Positions 21,385 to 30,570 of a stretch of 64,000 nucleotides of DNA are shown here, in pieces. Position 1 is the first letter of the stretch, and each line of letters opens with the position of its first letter. The DNA is from an uncultured Candidatus Saccharibacteria bacterium (GTDB lineage Bacteria > Patescibacteriota > Minisyncoccia > Phycocordibacterales > UBA9973), in the NCBI GenBank assembly GCA_964423445.1, contig CAYREQ010000001.1, positions 1,732-65,731 of the forward strand, read 5' to 3'. A program made the translations under genes and the position numbers. The notes below the pieces were generated by a model. That model worked only from the letters and a program-made list of their open reading frames with translations. It did no database searches and had not been told where the DNA came from.

Positions 21385-21987
21385 ATGATATCAAAACCAA
21401 AATTTAAAATTTGCAGAAGATTAGGACCAGGAGTATATGACAAATGTCAGACTGCTAAATTTTCTACGGCTGCCCAAAAAGGTGGTTTTGGAGGCAAACG
21501 CCCAAAGGCTATGTCTGAATACGGTACACAATTTATAGAAAAGCAAAAAGTTAGATTTTCTTATGGAGTTACAGAACGCCAACTTTCAAATTACATCAAA
21601 AAAGCATCAGCAGTAAAAGGTGTCGGTACAGTAGATAAATTTTACGAAGGACTAGAGTCTCGCTTGGACAATGTCATCTACCGAATGGGTCTTGCTCCAA
21701 GTAGACGAGCAGCTCGCCAAATGGTTTCTCACGGTCACTTTATAGTAAATAGTCACAAAGTTACTATACCTTCATATGAAATAAAACAAGGAGATGTCAT
21801 AAAAGTTCGTGAAGGATCAAAGAGTAAGAAAATTTTTGGAAATTTAGCAGACAAACTTAAAGATTATATTGCACCGAGCTGGGTATCATTTGATTTAGGA
21901 AAAATGGAAGGAAGTGTATCAGGTAAGCCAAAGAACGGAGATACTTTCCTAAACCTTAACGCAGTCTTGGAATTCTATAGTCGTTAA
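21385..21987 (+). CDS. rpsD: 30S ribosomal protein S4
   Basis: EKQKVR, LESRLDN, ARQMVSHGH, EFYSR. Confidence 0.97.
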   Translation: MISKPKFKICRRLGPGVYDKCQTAKFSTAAQKGGFGGKRPKAMSEYGTQFIEKQKVRFSYGVTERQLSNYIKKASAVKGVGTVDKFYEGLESRLDNVIYRMGLAPSRRAARQMVSHGHFIVNSHKVTIPSYEIKQGDVIKVREGSKSKKIFGNLADKLKDYIAPSWVSFDLGKMEGSVSGKPKNGDTFLNLNAVLEFYSR

Positions 21988-22047
21988 TTTATTATTTTTA
22001 TTTGCTCTTCGTAGAGCAATCATTATTAAAGCTTAACTTTTTAAATT

Positions 22048-23025
22048 ATGCCTGAATATAAAATAATCATACCTTCTAAGCCACGAGTTGTTTTAGAAGA
22101 AGAAAATAAGGGAGTATTTGAAATCGATGGTCTATATCCTGGATATGGTCATACTCTTGGTAATAGCCTACGAAGAATTATACTTTCATCTCTACCAGGG
22201 GCTAGTATCACTTCAGTAAAAATAGACGGAGTTACTCACGAATTCCAAACAATGGAAGGCATAAAGGAAGATGTTATAGTAATGATTTTAAATCTAAAAA
22301 AGACTCGTTTTAAAATGATCACTGATGAGCCACAGACAGTGACTCTTTCTGTAAAAAGTCCAAAGACAGTCACTGCAGGTGACATAAAGACTACTGGACA
22401 AGTAGAAGTCTTAAATCCTGAACAACACATTGCCGAAGTTACAGGCAAGATAAATTTGAATATTGAAATGCGAGTAGAAAAAGGACTCGGTTTTATACCA
22501 AAAGAAATTTTCCATAAAGAAAAAGTAGACGTAGGTACTATTGCTGTAGATGCTATCTTTACTCCTATTCGTCGTGTAGCTTATGAAGTTGAAAACATGC
22601 GTGTAGGTGACAAGACAAACTTTAATCGTCTTAGAATTTCTATAGAGACAAATGGTACTCTTTCTCCACGCGAAGCTTTGACTCAATCTATAGAAATCAT
22701 GATAAAGCAATTAAAAGCTATCGTTGATTTCAAAGAAGTAGAAGAAGAAGTAAAAATAGAAAAGAAATCATCAAAAAATGAAGACAAAGACGAAGATAAA
22801 GATGAAAAAGATACAGATGTAGCTGATGTATTAAAGACTCGTACTGACAGCCTAGATCTTTCTACTCGAACACTAAATGCTCTTACAAATGCGAACATCC
22901 GAACACTTGGAGGATTGGCTCGCAAAAAGAGAGAAGATCTTCTTGAAGTAGAAGGCATTGGTGAAAAGGGAATTACAGAAATTAAAAAGGTTCTTAGTAA
23001 GTTTGGTTTAAATTTGAAAGAATAA
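22048..23025 (+). CDS. rpoA: RNA polymerase alpha subunit
   Basis: GYGHTLGNSLRRIILSS, VDAIFTP, alpha-CTD. Confidence 0.97.
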   Translation: MPEYKIIIPSKPRVVLEEENKGVFEIDGLYPGYGHTLGNSLRRIILSSLPGASITSVKIDGVTHEFQTMEGIKEDVIVMILNLKKTRFKMITDEPQTVTLSVKSPKTVTAGDIKTTGQVEVLNPEQHIAEVTGKINLNIEMRVEKGLGFIPKEIFHKEKVDVGTIAVDAIFTPIRRVAYEVENMRVGDKTNFNRLRISIETNGTLSPREALTQSIEIMIKQLKAIVDFKEVEEEVKIEKKSSKNEDKDEDKDEKDTDVADVLKTRTDSLDLSTRTLNALTNANIRTLGGLARKKREDLLEVEGIGEKGITEIKKVLSKFGLNLKE

Positions 23026-23026
23026 T

Positions 23027-23383
23027 ATGAGACATCACAACGCAAACAGAAAATTCGGCCGAAGTAAGACACAAAGGAGAGCACTCTTAAACTCTTTGGC
23101 ATTCAACTTGATTACACGTGGAAAGATAAAGACTACTTTGGCTAAAGCTAAAGAATTGCGTCCTTTTGCAGAAAAGTTGGTAACTCGTGCAAAAGTAGGT
23201 ACTCCAGCAGGACGCCGACTTATAATTTCAAAATTGGGAGGAAGTCACACTCGTGAAGTAAAGAAACTTTATGAAGTTATCGCTCCAAAATACGCAGATA
23301 AAAAAGGTGGATATACACGAGTTTTGAAATTGGGAGTACGAAAGTCAGACGGTGCACCTATGGCTATTATTGAATTTGTATAA
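23027..23383 (+). CDS. rplQ: 50S ribosomal protein L17
   Basis: MRH, IKTTLAKAKELR, GGYTR. Confidence 0.97.
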   Translation: MRHHNANRKFGRSKTQRRALLNSLAFNLITRGKIKTTLAKAKELRPFAEKLVTRAKVGTPAGRRLIISKLGGSHTREVKKLYEVIAPKYADKKGGYTRVLKLGVRKSDGAPMAIIEFV

Positions 23384-23391
23384 TTAAAAAT

Positions 23392-23778
23392 ATGAAAAAA
23401 GAAACAAAAAATAAAAAAATACAGAATACAAAAGAAATCAAAACCATAGATGCGAGTGGTAGAACTTTAGGCCGAGTAGCTTCAGAAGTAGCTATCAATC
23501 TATTAGGTAAGACAAAAGCGACTTTTGAGAGAAATGCTTATACAGGTTTTCCTGTAAAAGTTTTAAACGCAGGACAAATTCGAATCACACCAAAAAAATT
23601 GGAAAGTATTTATCACACTAGATACTCTGGTTATCCAGGAGGTCAACGTGTTTTAAAAGGTACAGAGACAAAAGATAAAAAAGGAATGCGAGAGCTTGTA
23701 AAGCTTGCTGTATATCACATGCTACCAGGAAACAAGCTACGCCGAACAATGATGAAAAATTTAACAATTGAGGAATAA
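23392..23778 (+). CDS. rplM: 50S ribosomal protein L13
   Basis: IDASGRTLGRVAS, YSGYPGG, MLPGNKL; precedes rpsI. Confidence 0.92.
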   Translation: MKKETKNKKIQNTKEIKTIDASGRTLGRVASEVAINLLGKTKATFERNAYTGFPVKVLNAGQIRITPKKLESIYHTRYSGYPGGQRVLKGTETKDKKGMRELVKLAVYHMLPGNKLRRTMMKNLTIEE

Positions 23779-23783
23779 AATAT

Positions 23784-24206
23784 ATGGCAACAGAGAATAA
23801 AGAAAAATACATAGAGGCTATAGGACGAAGAAAAACTTCTACTGCTCGCGTACGAATCACACCATCAGCAAAAGCTCATTTTGTTGTAAACGATTTAGAT
23901 TCAAAAGATTATTTTAAAACAGACGAACAACGCCGTCTTATCTTGGATCCTATGACAAAAGATTTAGTTGAAGGACAAGACAAGACTATAAAATGGAGTG
24001 TAGAAGCTCATGTTTCAGGTGGAGGAATTCACTCTCAAGCTGAAGCTATTCGCCATGGACTTTCAAGAGCATTGGTAAAATCAGATGAAAGTCTACACAG
24101 TGGACTAAAATCTCTTGGTTTCCTAAAACGTGATCCTAGAGCAAAAGAACGCCGTAAATTCGGACTCAAGAAAGCTCGTAAAGCACCAAAGTGGTCAAAA
24201 CGTTAA
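23784..24206 (+). CDS. rpsI: 30S ribosomal protein S9
   Basis: GRRKT, GGGIHSQ, RDPRAKERRKFGLKKARKAPKWSKR. Confidence 0.97.
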   Translation: MATENKEKYIEAIGRRKTSTARVRITPSAKAHFVVNDLDSKDYFKTDEQRRLILDPMTKDLVEGQDKTIKWSVEAHVSGGGIHSQAEAIRHGLSRALVKSDESLHSGLKSLGFLKRDPRAKERRKFGLKKARKAPKWSKR

Positions 24207-24228
24207 AACATTTTCTAAAAAGAAAGTC

Positions 24229-24266
24229 AAAAAGGATATTTATTATAGTAATAAATATCCTTTTTG
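24229..24266 (+). terminator. Terminator after ribosomal operon
   Basis: AAAAGGATATTTATTA/TAATAAATATCCTTTT hairpin plus T-run. Confidence 0.75.
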
Positions 24267-24452
24267 TTTATTTGTTCTTTTAAAAAATATTGAAATCAAG
24301 AGTTTTAAGATTGAATTGCACTGGTAATTATGTAGGTCGATTATTAATTTTTAATTGAAAACTCCGCTATTTTATAGTAAAAAATATAGGGGTGCTTATA
24401 TAAAAAAAGCATGTTATACTTTATAGACATAAAATCAAATTAAAAAGTACTT

Positions 24453-24827
24453 ATGGAACAAAAGATAATCTTAGAATGGTCAAAATTGCTTCAGTTAACT
24501 GCAAGTGAGGTAGCAAAAATAGAAGAAAAAGCTGGTGTTTTTCGTATATCTAAAAAAAATAGTGATGGAAAATACTATATTGTTTTTGTTGGGAGTGGAG
24601 ATAATTTAAAATCCGAACTACAAGGTATAGAGTCAGGTCAAAAAGGAAATGAGTTACTAACCTTAATACTGGCCCAGGAAGGACCATTTGCTTTTAAGTA
24701 TGCTGTGGTTGAAGAAGCAAAAATTAGAAAGGCAATAGAAAAGCAAATGTATAATCATTATGCACCTATAGCTAATCAAGGAAGTGAGCCAGAAAGTAAT
24801 CTAGATATTAAAGCTAATTTGAGTTAA
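24453..24827 (+). CDS. GIY-YIG-like small protein (degenerate catalytic residues)
   Basis: AGVFRI...YIVFVGSGDNLKSEL...IEKQMYNHYAPIAN follows the GIY-YIG pattern. Confidence 0.55.
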   Translation: MEQKIILEWSKLLQLTASEVAKIEEKAGVFRISKKNSDGKYYIVFVGSGDNLKSELQGIESGQKGNELLTLILAQEGPFAFKYAVVEEAKIRKAIEKQMYNHYAPIANQGSEPESNLDIKANLS

Positions 24828-24830
24828 AAA

Positions 24831-25496
24831 ATGACACTAGTTATAGGCTTAAAAGCAAAAGATGGGATAGTGATTGCCTCAGACAGTCGGGCTAGTTCTG
24901 ATATAACTAGTAATGATAAAGTACAAAAAATATTTCAACTAGGAGAACATAGTGCGATTGGTATAGCAGGTGATGGAGGTTTGGCAATGTATTTTTTAGA
25001 CCAAATTAAACCCGGCCTTAATCATGGTACAGGCATTGTAGATTTAGCTGAACAAATAAGGAAAAAAGGTAAAGAATTATTTAATGATTATTTTCAACAT
25101 CTTCAACCAAGCGAGCGTCCTTCTCTGCAGTTATTATTAATTGGCTACACTACTGACGCAAAGGCAGAAATGTATACTCTGCGAAGTACAGATAATTTTG
25201 TGCCGCGAAAAGGTGTGACTGGTTTTGAATCTATAGGTATTCCATATTTTGCTGATTATTTACTGAATCGTCTGTATGAACCTGATATAAAAACTGAGGC
25301 AGGAGTAGAACTTTGTGTTCTATGTATTGAAGAGACAAATTCTCAGCATAGAGGGGTTGGAGAGGCCAACAGAGTGGCTACTTTTTCAAATGTGGCTCCA
25401 TTTGTAGAATTACCCGAATCAAAAATAAAAGAGTTGAGAGAGAAAGCTCAGAAATTCCAAATTGGACAAAAAAGCAAGTTTTACCCAGAAGAATAG
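24831..25496 (+). CDS. Proteasome beta-subunit-like Ntn hydrolase
   Basis: M-T-LVIGLKAKDGIVIASDSRAS, QKI, IGIAG: Thr1, Asp17 and Lys33-like positions. Confidence 0.75.
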   Translation: MTLVIGLKAKDGIVIASDSRASSDITSNDKVQKIFQLGEHSAIGIAGDGGLAMYFLDQIKPGLNHGTGIVDLAEQIRKKGKELFNDYFQHLQPSERPSLQLLLIGYTTDAKAEMYTLRSTDNFVPRKGVTGFESIGIPYFADYLLNRLYEPDIKTEAGVELCVLCIEETNSQHRGVGEANRVATFSNVAPFVELPESKIKELREKAQKFQIGQKSKFYPEE

Positions 25497-25587
25497 ATAA
25501 GACTCATCTTTAAGATTTCAATATGATTGCTTTAGTTAATATCCTTCAAAATATTCGGAATACCTCTAAGGGAGTAAAAACGTTAAC

Positions 25588-25618
25588 AAAAAATCCCTCT
25601 TTCAAGAGGGATTTTTTT
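25588..25618 (+). terminator. Terminator
   Basis: AAAAAATCCCTCT-TTCA-AGAGGGATTTTTT. Confidence 0.75.
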
Positions 25619-25634
25619 ATGCTAATATTCAAGC

Positions 25635-26225
25635 ATGAATGATGAAGAAATAAAACCTGAACCCGAAGAAGTAGAGGATGACGTCGTCGAATTTGAGTTC
25701 AATGATGACGGTGAAGAGGATTTGAAAAAGACTCTAAAAAAGCTTCGCTTGGATTTAAAAGTAGCAAAAAAAGAAAAAGAAGAATATCTGACAGGTTGGC
25801 AAAAAGAGCGAGCTGATTTTGCTAATTATAAAAAGAGCGAAGATGACAGAAAGGGAAATTATAGCGAGAGCTTAAGAGAGCATATACTTACTCGATTTTT
25901 GACGGTAGCTGATAGCTTTAATATGGCTTTTTCAAATCGTGAAGCTTGGGAAAAAGTAGATCCAAATTGGCGTACAGGTGTGGAGTATATCTACTCTCAA
26001 CTAAACAGTGTTTTTGAGGAATATGGAGTAAAAGAGATAGGAAAAGAGGGAGAAAATTTTGATCCAAATATACATGAATCTATAGAGACAGTGGAGACAG
26101 ATAAAAAAGAAAATAACCACAAGATAGCTAAAGTAATTCAAAAAGGTTACAAGATAGGTGATAGAGTCATGCGCCCAGCTCGGGTAAATGTATTCGAGTT
26201 TAAAGATGGAGAAAACACAAAATAA
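25635..26225 (+). CDS. grpE: Nucleotide exchange factor GrpE
   Basis: ADFANYKK, FDPNIHE, KGYKIGDRVMRPARV. Confidence 0.93.
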   Translation: MNDEEIKPEPEEVEDDVVEFEFNDDGEEDLKKTLKKLRLDLKVAKKEKEEYLTGWQKERADFANYKKSEDDRKGNYSESLREHILTRFLTVADSFNMAFSNREAWEKVDPNWRTGVEYIYSQLNSVFEEYGVKEIGKEGENFDPNIHESIETVETDKKENNHKIAKVIQKGYKIGDRVMRPARVNVFEFKDGENTK

Positions 26226-27909
26226 AATCTGCCAGAGCTGTAAGAAAGATTTCGTTGTAGAGCCGGAAGATTTTTCATTTTATGAAAAGATAAAAGTGCC
26301 ACCCCCGACTCTGTGTCCGGAATGCAGACAGCGTCGTCGCTATGCTTGGAGAAATGAACGTACTTTATATCGCCGACCTTGTGATTTATGCGGAAAGAGT
26401 ACGGTGACTATTTATTCTCCAAATAAACCACATAAAGTTTATTGTAATACTTGCTGGTGGAGTGATGGGTGGGATCCTTCTTCTTATGGCGTAGATTTTG
26501 ATTTCAATCGTCCGTTTTTTGAACAATTTCACGAGCTACAGCTTCGCGTGCCTCGTATGGCTTTGCTAAACAAGAATAGTACAAATTCCGAATATACAAA
26601 TCACTCCGCGAATAATAAAAATGCATATCTGTCTTTTGCTATTTTTGATAGCGAAAATATTTCTTACAGTACTTGGATTATGAAAAATTCTTACGACTGC
26701 ATGGACTGTAGTTTCATAAATGAAAAAGGTGAAAGACTATATGAGTGTATAGACTCCAGAACTTCATATCAATGCCAGTACGGCATGTTTCTCAAAGATT
26801 GTTCTAGTTGTTTTTATTGTTATGATGCCCGTGGCTCCAACGATTGTTTTATGTCTACAAATTTGCGAAACAAGAGTTATGTATTTAGAAATACTCAGCT
26901 TACCCGCGAGCAATATTTAGAAAAAATAAAGGCTATTGATTTTTCTTCATTTAAAATTAGGGCTGAGTTGGAAAAAGAATTTAAAGAATTAATAGAAAAA
27001 CAAGCAGTTCACCGCTATGTTGTTAGCGAGAGAAATGTGAATTCAATTGGATCATTGATATATGATTGTAAGAATATTTTTAATGCTTTTGAGCTCGAGA
27101 GGAGTGAAAATGGAAAAAATATTTATGGTGGACTCGAGCTTAAAGATTGTATGGATATTTATCATGCTGGATTTAACACCACCGAGCTTTGTTATGAATT
27201 ACACGGATGTACTAGGCTTTCAAACTGCCAATTTTGCCACCTTTGCTATGACAATATGAATGTGATGTACAGTGATACTTGCCAGAATAGTCAAAATCTT
27301 TTTGGTTGTGTTTCTATAAAAAAAGGTGAGTACATGATTTTTAATAAAAAATACTCGAAAGAAGATTATGAAGCCTTGAAAGAAAAAATTATAGAACAAA
27401 TGAAGACTACAGGGGAATATGGAGAATTTTTTCCACCAAGTATGGCACCAGTTTATTACAACGAAACACAAGGCAATCTTTATATGCCTTTAACAAAGGA
27501 AGAGGTCTTGGCTCGTGGCTGGAATTGGGAAGAAAATATTCCAGGAACTTTTGGCAAAGAGACAATAAAGAGCGAGGATATTCCAGATAAAATAGGTGAT
27601 GTGCCAGATGATTATTTAAAAGAAATTTTTGCCTGCATTGAGTGTTCAAAGAACTATAATCTTACTCAAAATGAGCTTTTGTTTTATAGAAAAGAAACTA
27701 TTCCATTACCCAGAAAATGTCCAAATTGTAGATATAAGAGAAGGTTTGATATGCGCCCAGCGAGAGCTCTATGGCACAGACAGTGTATGTGTGATAAAAA
27801 ACATACAAACCATGAAGGTAGGTGTGAAGTAGAATTTGAGACATGTTATGCTCCAGAACGATCTGAAAAAGTTTATTGCGAAAAGTGTTATCAGCAAGAA
27901 GTTTACTAG
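26206..27909 (+). CDS. CPR-typical Cys-rich repeat protein with zinc-ribbon ends
   Basis: PPPTLCPECR, YCNTCWWSD, Cys-rich beta-helix-like repeats, VYCEKCY. Confidence 0.75.
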   Translation: MEKTQNKICQSCKKDFVVEPEDFSFYEKIKVPPPTLCPECRQRRRYAWRNERTLYRRPCDLCGKSTVTIYSPNKPHKVYCNTCWWSDGWDPSSYGVDFDFNRPFFEQFHELQLRVPRMALLNKNSTNSEYTNHSANNKNAYLSFAIFDSENISYSTWIMKNSYDCMDCSFINEKGERLYECIDSRTSYQCQYGMFLKDCSSCFYCYDARGSNDCFMSTNLRNKSYVFRNTQLTREQYLEKIKAIDFSSFKIRAELEKEFKELIEKQAVHRYVVSERNVNSIGSLIYDCKNIFNAFELERSENGKNIYGGLELKDCMDIYHAGFNTTELCYELHGCTRLSNCQFCHLCYDNMNVMYSDTCQNSQNLFGCVSIKKGEYMIFNKKYSKEDYEALKEKIIEQMKTTGEYGEFFPPSMAPVYYNETQGNLYMPLTKEEVLARGWNWEENIPGTFGKETIKSEDIPDKIGDVPDDYLKEIFACIECSKNYNLTQNELLFYRKETIPLPRKCPNCRYKRRFDMRPARALWHRQCMCDKKHTNHEGRCEVEFETCYAPERSEKVYCEKCYQQEVY

Positions 27910-27911
27910 AT

Positions 27912-27943
27912 CGCAGTATTTACGCCATGGCGTAAATACTGCG
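27912..27943. repeat. Perfect 32-bp palindrome between convergent genes
   Basis: CGCAGTATTTACGCCA|TGGCGTAAATACTGCG. Confidence 0.85.
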
Positions 27944-27948
27944 GGTTG

Positions 27949-28479
27949 CTATTTGCCGAAAGATTCAAATAAGAATTTTTTTGTTTCTTCGTCTATCATT
28001 TGAGTGACTATTATCATCATCTCTGTAGTGAGACCCAAATCTTTTTTTATATTCATAAATAGGTGTTCGTAAGGGTAGGGGGAAATCCATGCAGAATTTT
28101 TTAGGCACACAAACCCAGCTTTTTTTAGTAAGTAGCGCAAGCTCTCTCGCTCACTTTTTCGACTCTCTGGTAGGTCTAGTAAAATTATTCTCCAAAACCC
28201 ATCCCAAGTTGTATTTACTAGCATTGTTTCACTCTCCAAAGTCAGGCTATGTATCTTCTTTTTGCCCTCTTTTGTGAGTCTTACAAAGCTCTGGTGTGTA
28301 GAGTCGTGAAGCTCTACAAAACCTCCGTTTACGAGGTTTTTGAGGCTTCTAGCCATGGCGTAGGAGGCTTTTGGGTCTTTACTGTCTTTTAATATTTCGA
28401 TAGGTAAAGCTGGCTTTTCTCCTAATATTTTAAGGATTTTTTTGGAATATTGGCCGTCTTTTTGGTTTTTGCTTGACAT
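27949..28479 (-). CDS. PaaX-family protein (wHTH plus Cas2-like domain)
   Basis: WDGFWRIILLDLPE..R..LR..L...GF..L.NSAWISP. Confidence 0.8.
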   Translation of the reverse strand: MSSKNQKDGQYSKKILKILGEKPALPIEILKDSKDPKASYAMARSLKNLVNGGFVELHDSTHQSFVRLTKEGKKKIHSLTLESETMLVNTTWDGFWRIILLDLPESRKSERESLRYLLKKAGFVCLKNSAWISPYPYEHLFMNIKKDLGLTTEMMIIVTQMIDEETKKFLFESFGK

Positions 28480-28509
28480 AGATATATCGTATCATATATA
28501 CTAATTTAT

Positions 28510-28539
28510 ACAAGTATTTTGTGGTCACGAAATACTTGT
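28510..28539. promoter_or_regulatory. Palindromic putative operator between the divergent PaaX-like gene and dnaK
   Basis: ACAAGTATTTTGTG-GT-CACGAAATACTTGT, overlapping -35-like hexamers on both strands. Confidence 0.55.
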
Positions 28540-28579
28540 CAAATTATACAAAACATTAATAATTTAACAAAATAAAAAT

Positions 28580-30490
28580 ATGTCAAAAATAATAGGTATA
28601 GACTTAGGTACAACAAACTCAGCATTTGCAGTAATTGAAGGTGGTGCTCCAAAAATTATAGAAAATATTGAAGGTGCACGTACTACACCTAGTATTGTTT
28701 CCATTGCAAAAAATGGTGACAGACTAGTGGGACTTTTAGCAAAGCGCCAAGCTGTGACAAATCCAGAAAATACTGTCTATGGTATCAAGCGTTTTATGGG
28801 TCACAATTTTGATGATCCAGAAGTTCAGAAAGATTTAAAAAATGCTTCTTTCAAAATTCAAAAATCTTCAAATGGTGGAGTAGAAGTGATGATTGGTGAC
28901 AAGTGGATGCGTCCAGAAGAAATCTCTGCGATGATTTTGGGAAAAATGAAAGCAGACGCTGAAGCAAAGCTCGGAGAAAAAGTCACTGAAGCTGTGATTA
29001 CTGTGCCAGCATACTTCAATGATGCACAGAGAAAAGCTACAAAAGATGCAGGTCAAGTCGCAGGGCTAGATGTAAAGAGAATTATAAACGAGCCGACAGC
29101 AGCAGCTCTCGCATACGGATTTAATAAAAAGAAAAATGAAAAGATAGTAGTGTATGACTTTGGAGGAGGAACTTTTGACGTGTCTGTCCTAGAAATCGGT
29201 GATGATGTCATCGAAGTAAAATCTACAGATGGAGACAGTCACCTCGGAGGTCGTGATATAGATCACAAGATTATCGCTTGGATTGCTGAAGAATATAAAA
29301 AGACTTCAGGCGTAGATGTGCGCAATGACAAGCTCGCACTTCAGCGATTGGATGAAGCAGCAGAAAAAGCAAAGATAGAACTCTCTACTTCCATAGAGAC
29401 AGAAATAAATATTCCATTTATCACTTCTACTGCCGAAGGCCCACAGCACTTACTATTAAAGATGACTCGCGCTCAGCTCGAAGCTTTGGCAGATGAATAT
29501 ATCGCTCGCTCTATTGAAATCACAAAGCGTGCTATGACTGCATCTGGATTCAAGATGGAAGACATGAATGAAATCATAATGGTCGGAGGTCAGACTAGAA
29601 TGCCAAAGATTGTGGAAGAAGTGAAAAAAGTTTTTGGTAAGACTCCAAACCTTTCTATAAACCCTGATGAAGTCGTAGCTCTTGGTGCTGCTGTGCAGGC
29701 TGGAGTACTTCAAGGAGACGTGCGTGATGTTCTACTTCTCGACGTTATTCCACTATCTCTAGGTATTGAGACTCTTGGAGGAGTAGCTACAAAACTAATC
29801 GACAGAAATACTACAATCCCAGCAAATAAATCTCAGACATTTTCTACAGCTGCTGACAATCAAACATCTGTGGAAATACACATTGTCCAAGGTGAAAGAC
29901 CAATGGCAAGTGACAACAAATCTCTCGGCCGATTTATCCTAGACGGAGTGCCACCAGCACCACGAGGTATGCCACAAATCGAAGTATCTTTTGATGTGGA
30001 TGCAAACGGAATATTGAATGTGACTGCAAAAGATAAGGCTAGTGGTAAGACTCAATCTATAAAGATAGAAGCAAGCTCTGGATTGAAAGATGAAGATATA
30101 AAGAAGATGCAACAAGATGCTGAGCTTCATGCTGAAGAAGATAAAAAGAAAAAAGAAGTAGTAGACATGAAGAATACAGCTGAGATGATAATCTATACTG
30201 CAGAAAAAGCTATCAAAGATGCCGGAGATAAAATACCAGCTGAATTAAAGACTGAAGTGGAATCAAAAATTACAGCACTTCGCGGAGTAAAAGACGGCAC
30301 AGATGGTGAAGCTATAAAGAAGGCGACAGAAGAGCTTTCATCTGAGATGTCTAAAATAGGTGAGGCGATGCAAAAAGCTGGAGCTACTCCTGAGACAGGC
30401 ACCACAGCTGAACCACAGCCAGAAGAAGTAAAAGCAAAAGATGCTGAGGTAAGAGATGTTCCACCAGAGGGTGAAGCACCTAAAGCGTAA
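28580..30490 (+). CDS. dnaK: Chaperone DnaK
   Basis: [32 protein letters not shown]. Confidence 0.98.
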   Translation: MSKIIGIDLGTTNSAFAVIEGGAPKIIENIEGARTTPSIVSIAKNGDRLVGLLAKRQAVTNPENTVYGIKRFMGHNFDDPEVQKDLKNASFKIQKSSNGGVEVMIGDKWMRPEEISAMILGKMKADAEAKLGEKVTEAVITVPAYFNDAQRKATKDAGQVAGLDVKRIINEPTAAALAYGFNKKKNEKIVVYDFGGGTFDVSVLEIGDDVIEVKSTDGDSHLGGRDIDHKIIAWIAEEYKKTSGVDVRNDKLALQRLDEAAEKAKIELSTSIETEINIPFITSTAEGPQHLLLKMTRAQLEALADEYIARSIEITKRAMTASGFKMEDMNEIIMVGGQTRMPKIVEEVKKVFGKTPNLSINPDEVVALGAAVQAGVLQGDVRDVLLLDVIPLSLGIETLGGVATKLIDRNTTIPANKSQTFSTAADNQTSVEIHIVQGERPMASDNKSLGRFILDGVPPAPRGMPQIEVSFDVDANGILNVTAKDKASGKTQSIKIEASSGLKDEDIKKMQQDAELHAEEDKKKKEVVDMKNTAEMIIYTAEKAIKDAGDKIPAELKTEVESKITALRGVKDGTDGEAIKKATEELSSEMSKIGEAMQKAGATPETGTTAEPQPEEVKAKDAEVRDVPPEGEAPKA

Positions 30491-30493
30491 TTT

Positions 30494-30526
30494 AAAAAAG
30501 CCCCGCGGACTACCGCGGGGCTTTTT
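30494..30526 (+). terminator. Terminator after dnaK
   Basis: AAAAAGCCCCGCGG-ACTA-CCGCGGGGCTTTTT. Confidence 0.85.
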
Positions 30527-30570
30527 GTTTTCTGTATTTTTCTTTGTTTTTATTGTAAAATATATACTAT

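Noticed and set aside
27949-28479. Cas2-like domain suggesting a CRISPR-Cas locus
   Set aside because: No repeat-spacer array or cas1 in the window; the architecture is wHTH plus PaaX central domain.
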